Shown here piece after piece: positions 1-10,445 of a stretch of 64,000 nt of DNA (the first letter of the stretch is position 1; every line of letters starts with the position of its first letter). The position numbers and the translations under genes are program-made. Source of the DNA: an uncultured delta proteobacterium (GTDB taxonomy: Bacteria > Desulfobacterota > Binatia > UBA9968); NCBI GenBank assembly GCA_963737905.1, contig CAVTUQ010000007.1, positions 192,001-256,000 of the forward strand, in the 5' to 3' direction. The notes beneath the pieces were generated by a model. The model had not been told where the DNA came from. It did not search any database and saw only the letters and a program-made list of their open reading frames with translations.

Positions 1-364
1 TAATCCGCGGCTGGGTCCAGGCGCCCTAGGTTTCAGCGAAGATACCGAGTACTCGATTCGGATGCGCAGAGCAGGCTTCAAGATCGGTTACAATCCTGGT
101 GCCATCGTTTACCACGAACTCAATCCCGAACGGTATGGTCGAGCGTACAATCGCCGGGCGGAATATCGAAAGGGAGTCAGTCGAAGTATTTACCGGCAGG
201 ATTCGATTTGCTTCAAAGTATTACCTGACCTAATGGCCCAATGTATGCGATACGGAATCTATCGCCTCCTTGGCAAGGCTCAAAAAGCCTACAAAACCGA
301 AGGGAGAATTTTGAAATCCTGGGGCTATCTCAGCGGCAAGTTAGGGTCGTCCAAACCTAGCTAA
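1..364 (+). CDS. Glycosyltransferase family 2, C-terminal part (runs off the window start)
   Basis: Frame is open from position 2 (NPRLGPGALGFSEDTEYSIRMRRAGFKIGYNPGAIVYH), a typical GT2 ED motif region; next to other GT genes. Confidence 0.75.
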   Translation, partial: NPRLGPGALGFSEDTEYSIRMRRAGFKIGYNPGAIVYHELNPERYGRAYNRRAEYRKGVSRSIYRQDSICFKVLPDLMAQCMRYGIYRLLGKAQKAYKTEGRILKSWGYLSGKLGSSKPS

Positions 365-395
365 CTTCCCAAGGGGGTCATTCTTAAGGAAGGTC

Positions 396-1320
396 GTGAT
401 TGAAAACCCCAAAGTATCCGTCGTCATTGCCACCTATAATCGGGCCAATTATATTCGTGAGACGCTGGAAAGTATTTGTCGCCAAGGCTTTCGCGATTAT
501 GAGTTGATTGTAGTCGACGACGGTTCGACGGATGGGACGCGGAAAGTTTTAGAGCCCTACGATTCCCAGATACGCTATATTTACCAGGATAATGCAGGGC
601 CCTCCGCGGCACGCAACACGGGGGTTCGACACGCGAAGGCACCATGGCTTGCATTTCAGGACTCTGACGATTTGACGGAGGCCGATCATTTGGAGACTTT
701 GTATAGCTATGTCGAATGAACATCCCAGCTGTGGAATGGTCTTTGCCAACGGCGCTTATCTCAGCGGCTCGGAGCATAAGCGAGCGACTATTATTCCTTC
801 GCAAAAATCACGTCGCTTTGCCAAGGAGGGAGTCCGGCTGCTCGATTTATTTGAAAAGAGTGTGGTTCGCCTCCAGGCCTGTTTGATCTCTAAAGAAGCC
901 TACCGTGTGGTCGGCGGGCACGACGAGTCTTTGCGTATTTGCATGGATTTGGATTTGTCTTTCCGTCTGTTGCTGAAGTATCCCGTGGCGTATCTCGACC
1001 ACGTTGTTTTTCGATATCGAAAACACGAAGGTAACATCGGTCGGAACGAAGAGCTGCGTCTGACCGAAAATATTCGAGTGATTCAAAAATTGATCGAGCA
1101 GTTTCCCAACGCGAAGCAGGAGCTCGGCGTGCGTCGCATCGCTAAGCGCATGGCCTATCGATATTACCGTCTGGCCAAAGGACGTTGGAAAAGAGGACAA
1201 CGGGCCGAGGCTCGTGCGGCGATTCGAGAGGCGACGGCTTTATACCCGGCTTCTTTGAAGTATTGGTTTTACCAATTGCAATGGAGCTTAAGCTTCGACG
1301 AGCCGGCCGGAAGAATTTAG
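396..1320 (+). CDS. Glycosyltransferase family 2, split by a frameshift near 715
   Basis: ORF 396-719 has VSVVIATYNR, VVDDGSTD and DSDD; ORF 709-1320 continues the GT2 fold (GGHDESLRICMDLDL). Confidence 0.85.
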
Positions 1321-1506
1321 CTTGAACACCGCCAGCTGGCTTGGCGGGCTCTTTAGTAAACGAACCTCCAAGGTCGTAGGCGTGTGACAGATGCTTTTGC
1401 CGAAACATCTCCGCCACCGTAATACGCTATGGGTTATGGCACCCTGGCTGGGAAAATGGCTACGATAGTTTGATTTTTTAGACCGCAACTCCTATCTTTT
1501 GCCAGC

Positions 1507-2316
1507 ATGAACGTTCAGGAAGCCAAGGCGAGTGCGACGCCTACGGTATCCGCCATTGTTGTTTGCTTCAACGAAGAGCGGAATATTGGCGCTTGTCTCG
1601 ATAGCGTGCGCTGGTGCGATGAGATCGTAGTGGTGGATTCCTTCAGCACGGATCGGACCGTGGAGATCTGCCGGCGATACACGAACCGTGTAGTGCAGCG
1701 GAAATGGTCCGGCTACCGTGATCAAAAGGCCTTTGCTCATTCCCTCGCGACGAAGGATTGGGTTCTACTTGTGGATTCCGACGAACGAGTTTCGCCGGAA
1801 CTCAAAAATGAGATTAACGACAACTTGGCGTCCTATGACAATACCTGTGCCGGGTTTTCAGTGCCGCGTCTAGTGTTTTATTTGGATCGTTGGTGGTGGC
1901 GAGGCGGTTGGTATCCGGATTATGACATTCGATTGTTCCGCCGTGACCGCGCGACTTGGGGCGGCACGGATCCTCACGAAAAGATTATAGTCGATGGCAA
2001 AGTTCGACGCCTCCGGAACCCCCTCCATCATTTTTCTTACCGAGACATCGCCGACCACGTGCAACGGATTAACCAGTTCACGTCCATTTCTTCGCGCGAG
2101 CTATTCAACGAGCGCAGGCGTTGGCGGTTGAGCGACGCCCTGGTCCGGCCAGCTTTCCGCTTTTTTCGCTCGTACATTTTGCGTCGCGGTTTTCTCGAAG
2201 GCTTTGCTGGTTTTCATGTGGCGTTGATGGCGTCCGTTTATGTGTTCCTTAAGTATGCTAAGCTTTGGGAGCTAGAATCAAAGGAGAAAGACGACGGTGA
2301 GCGCAAGCGGTCATAG
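1507..2316 (+). CDS. GT2 LPS-core beta-1,4-glucosyltransferase-like (WaaE/KdtX family)
   Basis: NEERNI..CLDSV.WCDEIVVVDSFSTDRT, DSDER, GGWYPD and PHE motifs. Confidence 0.85.
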   Translation: MNVQEAKASATPTVSAIVVCFNEERNIGACLDSVRWCDEIVVVDSFSTDRTVEICRRYTNRVVQRKWSGYRDQKAFAHSLATKDWVLLVDSDERVSPELKNEINDNLASYDNTCAGFSVPRLVFYLDRWWWRGGWYPDYDIRLFRRDRATWGGTDPHEKIIVDGKVRRLRNPLHHFSYRDIADHVQRINQFTSISSRELFNERRRWRLSDALVRPAFRFFRSYILRRGFLEGFAGFHVALMASVYVFLKYAKLWELESKEKDDGERKRS

Positions 2317-3439
2317 CCGCGGGCTCAGAATTTTGCACATCGATCCGGAGCGGAAGTGGGGTGGTGGAGAGGCTCAAGTTCTCGGTCTTTTATCCTACCT
2401 TGCACAGCGGGGTCATCGCAACGACCTGCTCACGCATCCCCACGGCCGGTTGTTTCAACAGAGTCAAGCGCTGAACGTCAGAACGATTCCTCTGGTTGTA
2501 CGAAATGACTTGGATTTACGGCCCGTGCCGGGTCTGAGGCGGCTTATACGCCGCGAGGATTACGATATTGTTCATTTGCACACGAAGCGAGCCCATGCGC
2601 TTTCGCTTTGGCTATCCCACAGATCCGCAAGACCAAAATACGTCGTGACCCGCCGTATGGATTATCCGGAGTCCAACACTTGGTATACGCGGTGTCTTTA
2701 CAATCGAAAAGCAGATGGCGTGGTGGCGATCTCACAGGAAATATTCGACCTGCTGGTCGAAGCTGGAGTAAAGTCCCACGGGATCCGTTTGATCCACAGC
2801 GGGGTTGACCCGCGACCATTTGCAGCTTCCGCCAGGGGATCTCACGAACACCCCGAACGCATCGTGGTTGGCATGGCTGCGGTTTTGGAAAAAAGGAAAG
2901 GCCATCGTTTGCTATTGGAAGCCGCTCGGCGGCTCAAAGAGCAGGGGTGTCAGATTAGCTACCGCCTCGCAGGTGAAGGGTCATTAAAAGAATCTCTCGA
3001 AGCACGGACCCTACAGCTAGGCTTGCAAGAGGATGTCCAGTTCCTGGGCTTCGTCGCCGACATGCCTGGCTTTCTAGCCAGTGTCGATGTTGTGGTCTTG
3101 CCGTCCCTCTTCGAAGGTCTCGGAGTGTCGATTCTGGAAGCTATGGCGGCGGGAAAAGCCGTCATCGCGAGCCGGGTGGGAGGGCTCCCGGAACTCGTGG
3201 TCGATGGGGCGACGGGAGTTTTGGTGGAACCGCGTGATGTCGCGGGACTCGTCAGAGCGATTGCGAAACTGGGGAGTGATCGAGCCCTGATTCGAAGCAT
3301 GGGTCAAAAGGGTAGAGAGCGGCTGAAAAACAACTTTACTATGGAACAAATGGGGCGGAAGAATGAAGCCTACTACTATGACCTTCTCCAAAGCACGGGA
3401 CGGTCGCCTATGACTGAGACGAGTTCAACTTGGGCATGA
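2297..3439 (+). CDS. Glycosyltransferase family 4
   Basis: WGGGEAQ N-terminal motif; PSLFEGLGVSILEAMAAG EX7E motif. Confidence 0.9.
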   Translation: MSASGHSRGLRILHIDPERKWGGGEAQVLGLLSYLAQRGHRNDLLTHPHGRLFQQSQALNVRTIPLVVRNDLDLRPVPGLRRLIRREDYDIVHLHTKRAHALSLWLSHRSARPKYVVTRRMDYPESNTWYTRCLYNRKADGVVAISQEIFDLLVEAGVKSHGIRLIHSGVDPRPFAASARGSHEHPERIVVGMAAVLEKRKGHRLLLEAARRLKEQGCQISYRLAGEGSLKESLEARTLQLGLQEDVQFLGFVADMPGFLASVDVVVLPSLFEGLGVSILEAMAAGKAVIASRVGGLPELVVDGATGVLVEPRDVAGLVRAIAKLGSDRALIRSMGQKGRERLKNNFTMEQMGRKNEAYYYDLLQSTGRSPMTETSSTWA

Positions 3440-4422
3440 AGCCTCTATTGGATATTCTCCACCGGTTTCGCCGCTCCCATCTGTTAGTGGTGGGCGATCT
3501 GATGCTGGATCGCTTTATTTGGGGAGATGTCGAAAGAATTTCACCGGAGGCGCCGGTTCCGGTTATGCGGGTTATGGCGGAGAGTCATCGCCTCGGTGGG
3601 GCGGCCAACGTTATAAACAACGTTCTTTCGCTGGGCGCGCAAGTGACCGCTTGCGGGGTCATCGGACGGGATATGGCGGGGAGACAGCTCGTGCATGACC
3701 TGCGTCGAGCGGGCGCTTCTACGGCTGGCATTGTCGGTGACCAGCAAGTTCAAACGACTCAAAAAAGTCGGATCATCGCCCGGCCGCGGCATCAACAGAT
3801 CGTGCGTTTGGACCGGGAGAATCAAAACCCGATTGCAGACGCAACCCTCAAGCGACTGCGCGAGTTCGTGCTCGTCAGGGCTAAGACATGCGATGGCATC
3901 GTCATCTCGGATTATGGGAAAGGCGTCGTGCATGGGAGCCTCTTAAGATCGATTGCACCTTTGGTCAGGCGAAAAAAGCTTATCTGTGTGGTCGATCCAA
4001 AAAAGGAAAATTATGCGGTTTATCGGTTTCCGACTTTGATCACGCCGAACAAAGATGAGGCGAGCGAGGCCTCGGGGATCTTAATTCGAGATGACGCCAG
4101 TCTCCGGGCTGCGGGGGAGAAGTTGGTGCGCATGTGGCAGGCGGAGGCCGTTTTGATCACGCGCGGGCCGGATGGGATGAGCCTTTTTCGGCGGAACCAC
4201 GCCGTTAAGCATTTCCCCACCCAACCGAGAGATATGTTCGACGTTACCGGGGCGGGCGATACGGTGGTCGCGATTTGTGGTTTGGCGCTGGCGTGCGGCG
4301 CGAGTTTTGAAGAAGCGGCCGTGGTCGCCAATCTCGCCGCCGGGCTGGTGGGCGCGGAAGTTGGAACCGTGGCGGTCTCGTTAGAAAAACTGAAGCAAAG
4401 CATCCAGAACAAGCAACTATGA
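3436..4422 (+). CDS. hldA: D-glycero-beta-D-manno-heptose-7-phosphate kinase (RfaE domain I)
   Basis: VVGDLMLDRFIWGDVERISPEAPVPV, LGGAANV, SDYGKG and DVTGAGDT PfkB motifs. Confidence 0.93.
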   Translation: MKPLLDILHRFRRSHLLVVGDLMLDRFIWGDVERISPEAPVPVMRVMAESHRLGGAANVINNVLSLGAQVTACGVIGRDMAGRQLVHDLRRAGASTAGIVGDQQVQTTQKSRIIARPRHQQIVRLDRENQNPIADATLKRLREFVLVRAKTCDGIVISDYGKGVVHGSLLRSIAPLVRRKKLICVVDPKKENYAVYRFPTLITPNKDEASEASGILIRDDASLRAAGEKLVRMWQAEAVLITRGPDGMSLFRRNHAVKHFPTQPRDMFDVTGAGDTVVAICGLALACGASFEEAAVVANLAAGLVGAEVGTVAVSLEKLKQSIQNKQL

Positions 4423-5286
4423 AGAGCATGACAGGTTACGGCGAAGCATCGAGTCAAATTCGAGGAACAAGCGTCACCGTTCAGGTCAGGAGCTTGAACC
4501 ATAGACATTTGGATCTGCAATTGAGGGCACCGAGGGAATACCTCTCCTTTGAAGAAGAGATTCGCAAAGTGATTCGCCAGAAGATTTCAAGGGGAAGGCT
4601 GGACGTCTTTATTAATCGTTCGCCGGCAAAAGGACAAGGTCGCAGGACTCGAGCTCGACGAGAAACTGTTAGGGGAATATTTGGCCACGGTCCGGCAGGC
4701 CAAACGAAAGTATCAATTGAGTGGAGACTTCAACGTGTCCCTGCTTTACAGTGTTCCAGACCTGTTGCGGGTTCGGGAAGTCGAGTTCAATGCGGCCGCG
4801 GAGCGGGAAGGGGTTTTCAAAATCCTCGATCAGGCGTTGGCGAGGCTCGAACGGGCGCGGGAACGGGAGGGACGACAACTTAAGTCGGATATGCAGTCAC
4901 AGATCCGGCACTTAAAACGGATCTCGATTCTGCTTGGATTACGGGCGAGCGAGATCGGCACCCGTCCGCAAAAGACCGCGGTTGTAGCGAAGGACCGAGA
5001 GGGCTCATTGCGAGCCGACAGAGATACGCCGGAAACAGCCAATTGGATTCTCAAGGGCGACATCAACGAGGAAGTGGTGCGCTTGAAAAGCCATGTGGAC
5101 GCCTTGTCGCGTGTGCTCGGGGAAAAAGAGCCGGTGGGAAAAAAGGTCGACTTCATGCTTCAGGAAGTGCAACGAGAGCTCAATACGATCAGTTCCAAGG
5201 TTCCCCACCTTCCTGTCGTTCAACTCGTGCTCGAAGGCAAAGAACGGGTCGAGAAGATCCGGGAGCAAACTCAAAACATTGAATGA
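4419..5286 (+). CDS. yicC: YicC/YloC family endoribonuclease, frameshift near 4640-4660
   Basis: MKSMTGYG..RSLNHRHLDL in ORF 4419; DINEEVVRLKSH, GKKVDFMLQE.QRELNTISSK and EKIREQTQNIE in ORF 4681-5286. Confidence 0.9.
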
Positions 5287-5918
5287 TTCGCAAAACCAAA
5301 CATTTCGCCCGGCGAGAGGGAATTATATTTATTCTCTCGGCTCCGTCAGGGACAGGGAAAACAACGCTGATTAAAGGCTTACGGGCGGTTTATCCCGAAA
5401 TGAGGCTGTCTGTTTCCTTTACCACACGGGCGCGTCGCCAAGGCGAAAGCCACTCGCGTGATTATAATTTCGTTAACGCGCCAAAATTCGCTGCCATGAA
5501 AGCCAACGGTGATTTTGCGGAATGGGCCAAGGTCCATGACTTTTTTTATGCGACGCCGCGCCGACCGCTGGACCAGTGCGTTCGTCGAGGCCAGGACATT
5601 CTTCTGGACATTGACGTCCAGGGGGCTAAAAGGATCAAGCGGAAGTATCCCCAGGCCGTTTCGATCTTTCTCCTTCCCCCTTCATGGCGTGAGTTGCGGC
5701 GGAGATTGGCCCGGAGAGGGACCGATGGCAAAGAGACCATCCGTCGGCGATTGGTTAACGCCCTAGGTGAAATAGGAGAAATAATCAAGTATGATTATTA
5801 TGTCGTCAATCGCGAGGTTAAGACATCGGTGGAACTTTTGAAAGCCATCGTTGAGGCTGAGCGAGTCAAAACCTTCCGCGTAAAGCAATGGCGCATCGAG
5901 CCGTTGCATCGGCAATAA
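5283..5918 (+). CDS. gmk: Guanylate kinase
   Basis: SAPSGTGKTT P-loop, SVSFTTR, LDIDVQGA. Confidence 0.96.
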   Translation: MIRKTKHFARREGIIFILSAPSGTGKTTLIKGLRAVYPEMRLSVSFTTRARRQGESHSRDYNFVNAPKFAAMKANGDFAEWAKVHDFFYATPRRPLDQCVRRGQDILLDIDVQGAKRIKRKYPQAVSIFLLPPSWRELRRRLARRGTDGKETIRRRLVNALGEIGEIIKYDYYVVNREVKTSVELLKAIVEAERVKTFRVKQWRIEPLHRQ

Positions 5919-5931
5919 GGTGCCGGTGGCC

Positions 5932-8133
5932 ATGAGCAAGGAAGTAAAAATCACCGACCTTGTAGATCAGGTTCAATCCTATTATCCGGCCGCGGATGTC
6001 GAACTCATCCGGAAAGCTTACGATTTTTCCGCCAAAGTGCATCAAGGGCAGAAACGGCTCTCCGGGGAACCTTATTTGATTCACCCGATGGCTGTGGCCG
6101 GCGTCATTGCCGACTTGAAGATGGACGTGCCTAGCGTCATCGGTGGTTTACTGCATGACACGGTGGAAGACACTCTGACGACGCTGGAAGAACTGAAAAG
6201 TATTTTTGGTCGAGAGATCGCCTCCTTGGTGGACGGCGTCACCAAACTCAGTCGGACGAATTTCAACAGCCGGGAAGAAAAACAGGCGGAAAACTTTCGC
6301 AAGATGCTGTTGGCCATGGGAAAGGACGTCCGCGTGATTCTCATCAAGCTCGCGGACCGGGTTCACAACATGCGCACCCTCGATCATTTGCCGCTTGAAA
6401 AACAGATTCTGACCGCCGAAGAAACGCTGGATATTTATGCGCCCATGGCGCATCGCTTGGGGGTCGCTTGGATCAAAACCGAACTTGAAGATCTTGCCCT
6501 CAAGTATTTGCACCCGGAGATCTACTACCAGCTGAAGCGCAATGTCGCCAAAAAGAAGAGTGATCGCGAAAAATACATCGCCGAAGTCATCTCCGTCATT
6601 AAAAGAAAGCTTGATGGCGAGGGTATCGAGGCGGATATTACGGGCCGGCCGAAGCACTTTTTCAGTATCTACCAAAAGATGGAAAGCCAGAACCTTCTCT
6701 ACGACCAGATCTACGACTTGGTCGCCTTTCGGATTTTGGTAGATACGCTGAGGGAATGTTATGAAACGTTGGGCGTGATCCATTCCCAATGGCGTCCCGT
6801 ACCGGGACGATTCAAGGACTACATCGCATTACCGAAGCCGAACATGTATCAGTCCTTACACACGAGTGTGATCGGGCCTTACGGTGAGCGGATCGAAATC
6901 CAAATCCGCACCCATGAGATGCATCGTGTCGCCGAGGAGGGAATCGCGGCCCACTGGCGTTATAAAGATGGGACCGATTTCCGGGTTAACGATAACCAGC
7001 GCTTTGCTTGGCTTAGGCAATTGCTAGAGTGGCAGCAAAACCTGCAGGACCCGCAAGAATTTTTGCACAGTCTTAAAGACGATCTTTTTACCACGGAACT
7101 TTATGTGTTTACGCCCAATGGTGACCTGTTGAATTTCCCCAAAGGGTCGACGGTTATCGATTTCGCGTACCGAATTCATTCCGACATCGGCCATCACTGC
7201 TCCGGAGCACGGGTCAACGGGCAGTTGGTTGCTCTAAAGTACATATTGCGCAGCGGTGATACCGTGGAGATTATCACGACACCTCAGCAGGTCCCGTCCC
7301 GGGATTGGCTGAAGCTGGTGAAAACGCCCCGGGCCAAAGCCAAAATCCGAGACTGGTTAAAATCACAACAGCGCGAAAGAAGCGTGGCGCTCGGACGAGA
7401 GATTCTCGACAGCGACCTGCATCGCTACGGATTGGATTACCCCACCTTGCGTAAAGAAGGCCACATCGGTTCCTTGACGAAAGAGTTAGGGCTGAAGGAC
7501 GAAGAGGCCCTTCTAGCCGCTCTCGGATATGGAAGAATAACTCCCAGGCATGTGCTCGCCAAGTTGGTTCCTCCGGAGAAACTTGATGGGGCCCACAAGA
7601 AGAAGGAAGGTTCTTTGGAGCGTCTCTTTCGGCTGGCGTCAGGGCAGAAGCAGGGTTTGGGTATTCGAGTGAAGGGTGTTGATGATGTCTTGGTGAGATT
7701 CGCTCTATGTTGTCATCCTTTGCCGGGAGAGCAGATCGTCGGTTTCATCACTCGAGGGAGAGGCGTTACCGTTCATACGGTGGGTTGTCCGACGGTTCTC
7801 GAAAGTGACCCTCATCGCAAGATCGAGGTGAGTTGGGAAGAAAAAAGCGGTCAGACACCGCGCGCGGTGAAAATAGAAGTTACCTGCATAGACCAACCCG
7901 GCCTCTTGGCAGCTATTAGCTCCGCGATTACGAGCGCGGAAGCCAACATTGCGCGGGCTCAGGTAAGAACGTTCTCGGGCCAGAAGGCGCTCAACATCTT
8001 CGACGTGATGATCAAGAATTCCAAACATCTCCAGCAGGTGTTACAGAATATCTCAAAAGTGAAGGGCGTTTACAAAGCCGTCCGTGGGCGCGGTCGAACG
8101 GGAGCGGAGGTCCGGGACCCGGCGGTCCAGTGA
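5932..8133 (+). CDS. spoT: Bifunctional (p)ppGpp synthetase/hydrolase RelA/SpoT
   Basis: HD domain (LLHDTVEDT), synthetase (RFKDYIALPKPNMYQSLHT), TGS and ACT domains. Confidence 0.95.
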   Translation: MSKEVKITDLVDQVQSYYPAADVELIRKAYDFSAKVHQGQKRLSGEPYLIHPMAVAGVIADLKMDVPSVIGGLLHDTVEDTLTTLEELKSIFGREIASLVDGVTKLSRTNFNSREEKQAENFRKMLLAMGKDVRVILIKLADRVHNMRTLDHLPLEKQILTAEETLDIYAPMAHRLGVAWIKTELEDLALKYLHPEIYYQLKRNVAKKKSDREKYIAEVISVIKRKLDGEGIEADITGRPKHFFSIYQKMESQNLLYDQIYDLVAFRILVDTLRECYETLGVIHSQWRPVPGRFKDYIALPKPNMYQSLHTSVIGPYGERIEIQIRTHEMHRVAEEGIAAHWRYKDGTDFRVNDNQRFAWLRQLLEWQQNLQDPQEFLHSLKDDLFTTELYVFTPNGDLLNFPKGSTVIDFAYRIHSDIGHHCSGARVNGQLVALKYILRSGDTVEIITTPQQVPSRDWLKLVKTPRAKAKIRDWLKSQQRERSVALGREILDSDLHRYGLDYPTLRKEGHIGSLTKELGLKDEEALLAALGYGRITPRHVLAKLVPPEKLDGAHKKKEGSLERLFRLASGQKQGLGIRVKGVDDVLVRFALCCHPLPGEQIVGFITRGRGVTVHTVGCPTVLESDPHRKIEVSWEEKSGQTPRAVKIEVTCIDQPGLLAAISSAITSAEANIARAQVRTFSGQKALNIFDVMIKNSKHLQQVLQNISKVKGVYKAVRGRGRTGAEVRDPAVQ

Positions 8134-8152
8134 TGCGCGATGACGGCGGTGC

Positions 8153-8344
8153 TTATGCAACTTTTTGAACGCGTCCAGAATGAATACAGTCCGTGCAAAC
8201 CAAAGCGCGCTTCACCTGCCCGTTAAAGTTGGCCCTAACGCGCTGCAGATTGGGGCGCCAAGAGCGCTTGCTCTTGTTGTTGGCGTGACTGACGTTGTGG
8301 CCGACCGAGCGGCCCTTCCCGCAAATGGAACAAATCCGCGCCAT
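8153..8344 (-). CDS. rpmB: 50S ribosomal protein L28
   Basis: [34 protein letters not shown]. Confidence 0.97.
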   Translation of the reverse strand: MARICSICGKGRSVGHNVSHANNKSKRSWRPNLQRVRANFNGQVKRALVCTDCIHSGRVQKVA

Positions 8345-8349
8345 ATTTT

Positions 8350-8820
8350 TTAACTCCTTATCTTCGCAATGATTTCCGTCGTCGAGAAGCCCTTCAAATA
8401 GGGAACGACAACGATTTTACCGCCAGTCCTTCTGACGAGATCGGCGCCTACGACTGCTTCGGCGGACCAATCGCCGCCTTTAACAAGTATGTTTGGGCGC
8501 AAGATCGAAATAACATTGTACGGATCCGGCTCGTCAAACAACAGCACGTAATTTACCATCTCCATTGCGGCAATCAACTCAAGTCGATCGGTCTCCGATA
8601 CGATTGGGCGGCTCGGTCCCTTAATCGTCTTAACGGATCGGTCGCTGTTGACAGCGACGACCAGCAGATCCCCCAGCGCCTTGGCCTCCCGCAAAAGGTA
8701 GATGTGTCCCCGATGGATCAGGTCAAAACAGCCGTTGGCAAAAACTACAATCTTTCCATTTGTTCTCGCGGCGGCGGTGAGCGTCTTAAGCTCGTCTAGG
8801 CTTTTAACCTTGTCCGACAC
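8350..8820 (-). CDS. hldC: D-glycero-beta-D-manno-heptose-1-phosphate adenylyltransferase (RfaE domain II)
   Basis: [30 protein letters not shown] and GFSTTEII; GTG start at 8820 is inferred. Confidence 0.92.
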   Translation of the reverse strand: MSDKVKSLDELKTLTAAARTNGKIVVFANGCFDLIHRGHIYLLREAKALGDLLVVAVNSDRSVKTIKGPSRPIVSETDRLELIAAMEMVNYVLLFDEPDPYNVISILRPNILVKGGDWSAEAVVGADLVRRTGGKIVVVPYLKGFSTTEIIAKIRS

Positions 8821-8979
8821 ATTCAATGGGTAACATGAGAAACTGGGGTTTTCAATTGGAAGTTCCCGTGTTTCAAGGATATTCGATGTCTTGACCCACC
8901 CGCAAATTTTCGCTAAGGTCGAAGGCAACTCGAAAACGCCGCACTTTTGTCACCTCGTTCCCGAAATCAGGAGGAAAAA

Positions 8980-10419
8980 ATGGAATATCAAGATCTTAGA
9001 GATTGGATCGAAATCGCCGATGAAATGGGGGAGTTAAAAACCCTCAAAGGCTGTGACTGGAACCTAGAAATTGGCGCCGTTACCGAGCTGGTGGCCCACA
9101 AAGAAGACGGTCCCGCCGTTTTGTTTGACGATATTAAGGGTTATCCAGCGGGCTACCGGGTGTTGTCCAATTCCCTTGCCTCGAGGAAACGGCTGGCGTT
9201 GACCCTCGGTCTTCCGGCGGGCGACACTAAAATGGACTTCGTCAAAATCTGGAAAGACAACTACAAGAATATCAAACCCGTTCCGGCGAAGTTTGTTAAG
9301 AAGAGCCCGCTATTTGATAACGTTTACAAAGACGGCGACATCGATATGTTTAAGTTCCCAACGCCGTTTTGGCACGACAAGGATGGGGGACGCTACATCG
9401 GCACCGGGAGCGTAGACATCACACGCGACCCGGACGAAGGATGGGTGAATTACGGTACTTACCGCGTCATGATTCATGACAAGAATAAGGTGGGATTCTA
9501 CATTTCGCCTGGTAAGCACGGCCGCATGCAACGCGATAAATACGCCGCCAACGGTCAGCCCTTTAAGATGGCTATGTCGTTCGGCCACGATCCGCTGACC
9601 TTTTTGGCGGGGAGCATCGAAGTTCCTTACGGCGTTCCCGAATATGAATTTATTGGCGGTATTCGTGGCGAACCGTTCGAAATGATCGAAGGCGAGTACT
9701 CCGGACTACCGATTCCGGCAAACGCCGAGATCGTCATTGAGGGCGATGTACATTTCGATAATCCAAAGGTCGAAGGTCCATTCGGTGAATGGACGGGTTA
9801 TTATGCTAGCGCAGAACGGTCGGAACCCTGGGTGGAAGTGAAGCGGCTTTACCACCGCAACAATCCGATCATCCTCGGTTCCCCTCCTGGCCGGCCTCCT
9901 TCAGAGCTCGGGTGGTACCGCTCTTACCTCCGTTCCGCGCTAATTTGGGACGAGATGGAGAAGGCCGGTGTGCCGGATGTCAAAGGGGTTTGGCTTACCG
10001 TGTCGGGCGGCAGCCGGCTGATGATGGTGGTTTCGATCAAGCAGCGATATCCGGGCCATGCCAAGCAAGCCGCCGTCATTGCATCGCAATGCCACGCTGG
10101 CGCCTATCTCGGCCGTTTCGTGGTGGTGGTCGACGATGACATCGATCCGTCGAACACGGACGACGTCATCTGGGCCATGGGTACCCGCTGCGAACCGGAA
10201 CAGGATATCGACATCCTCCGCCGTTGCTGGAGCGGGCCGCTCGATCCCGTCATTCAAGTGGGCAAGAAAGGCTTCAACTCTCGCGCAATCATTGACGCGA
10301 CGCGGCCCTACGAGTGGATGAAAGACTTTCCGCCGGTGGCGGAATCTTCCAGAGAAGTTATGGACGCTACAGCCAAAAAGTGGGGCGCGGAGCTGTTCGG
10401 CAGCAACGGAAAAAAGTAG
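8980..10419 (+). CDS. UbiD family prFMN-dependent (de)carboxylase
   Basis: DLRDWI, WNLEIGA, DGGRYIGT, NYGTYR, EGPFGEWTGYY and VVVVDDDID; RBS AGGAGG at about 8969. Confidence 0.92.
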   Translation: MEYQDLRDWIEIADEMGELKTLKGCDWNLEIGAVTELVAHKEDGPAVLFDDIKGYPAGYRVLSNSLASRKRLALTLGLPAGDTKMDFVKIWKDNYKNIKPVPAKFVKKSPLFDNVYKDGDIDMFKFPTPFWHDKDGGRYIGTGSVDITRDPDEGWVNYGTYRVMIHDKNKVGFYISPGKHGRMQRDKYAANGQPFKMAMSFGHDPLTFLAGSIEVPYGVPEYEFIGGIRGEPFEMIEGEYSGLPIPANAEIVIEGDVHFDNPKVEGPFGEWTGYYASAERSEPWVEVKRLYHRNNPIILGSPPGRPPSELGWYRSYLRSALIWDEMEKAGVPDVKGVWLTVSGGSRLMMVVSIKQRYPGHAKQAAVIASQCHAGAYLGRFVVVVDDDIDPSNTDDVIWAMGTRCEPEQDIDILRRCWSGPLDPVIQVGKKGFNSRAIIDATRPYEWMKDFPPVAESSREVMDATAKKWGAELFGSNGKK

Positions 10420-10445
10420 AATCGGCTAGCGAATTTAAGTTGCGG

